Source: Cercozoa sp. M6MM | Taxonomy: Eukaryota; Protista; Endomyxa: Ascetosporea | Reading direction: 5' to 3' (one strand) | Assembly (NCBI GenBank): GCA_040357565.1 | Contig: JBDODJ010000049.1 | Length of the DNA stretch: 64,000 nt | In this document: positions 63,997 through 64,000 of the stretch, one piece after another | Layout of the letters: each line of letters begins with the position of its first letter | Numbering within the stretch: position 1 is the first letter of the stretch | Position numbers and translations under genes: made by a program | The notes under the pieces: model-generated | Database searches by the model: none | Told to the model about the DNA's origin: nothing | Seen by the model: only the letters and a program-made list of their open reading frames with translations

Positions 63997-64000
63997 TCTC

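Overview
Gene-dense, intron-rich eukaryotic (protist) genomic DNA with about 25 genes, short GT-AG introns and several N gaps. The actin reads like a rhizarian/cercozoan type, but this is inference only. Recognisable genes: class I HDAC (3' part), MLF-like, YhhN/TMEM86, PRODH, NOP10, plant-type IPC synthase, NIFK/Nop15, Tim44, cystathionine gamma-lyase, a divergent ATP synthase gamma, a START protein, a Zn2Cys6-PZP chromatin protein, SDHAF2, Y14, a Kelch phosphatase and actin. All gene models were spliced by hand, so exon boundaries need RNA-seq confirmation. Best candidates for novelty: (1) an 8.2-kb gene that splices in frame into UBL-C2-PH-degenerate RING1-IBR-MYCBP2-type RING-Cys-relay E3 ligase, with both catalytic cysteines intact; (2) two signal-peptide proteins carrying normally intracellular domains (tandem CCCH RNA-binding fingers; GNAT plus NLS-like tail), i.e. 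candidate effectors; (3) a two-pore/EF-hand K+ channel homologue with both GYG filters replaced; (4) strict strand alternation of the first 18 genes; (5) introns built from splice-signal-like repeats with strongly bimodal ApT content.
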